This document shows, piece by piece, positions 63,981-64,000 of a DNA stretch of 64,000 bases. Below the pieces are notes generated by a model. The model ran no database searches, was not told where the DNA came from, and saw only the letters and a program-made list of their open reading frames with translations. Source of the stretch: Chrysemys picta bellii (lineage: Eukaryota); assembly GCF_011386835.1 (NCBI RefSeq), contig NC_088791.1, positions 281,542,001-281,606,000 on the forward strand, given 5' to 3'. The number at the start of each line of letters is the position of its first letter. The first letter of the stretch is position 1. A program made the translations under genes and the position numbers.

Positions 63981-64000
63981 CTGTAGAAATTCAAAGGAGG

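Overview
AT-rich vertebrate genomic DNA, most likely a turtle. This is inferred from CR1 3' ends with an (ATTCTATG)n tail and from the repeat families present. The window is mostly repeats: CR1 LINE fragments, a nested Ty3/Gypsy remnant, many hAT elements with 8-bp TSDs, Tc1/mariner and Harbinger-like MITEs, MIR/L2 relics, and two Penelope-type hairpins with hammerhead ribozyme cores. Manual splice-site and phase analysis gives two candidate spliced genes missed by the ORF track. One is a + strand 3-exon gene for a 63-aa single-pass membrane microprotein (11977-13818, polyA signal 14248), with a possible alternative first exon at 3231-3259. The other is the 3' part of a - strand multi-exon gene (5 phase-compatible exons, 63980 to 53095). 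I cannot name either gene. Most long ORFs in the track are TE-derived or GC-repeat artefacts. Everything was done by eye; no database searches were run.
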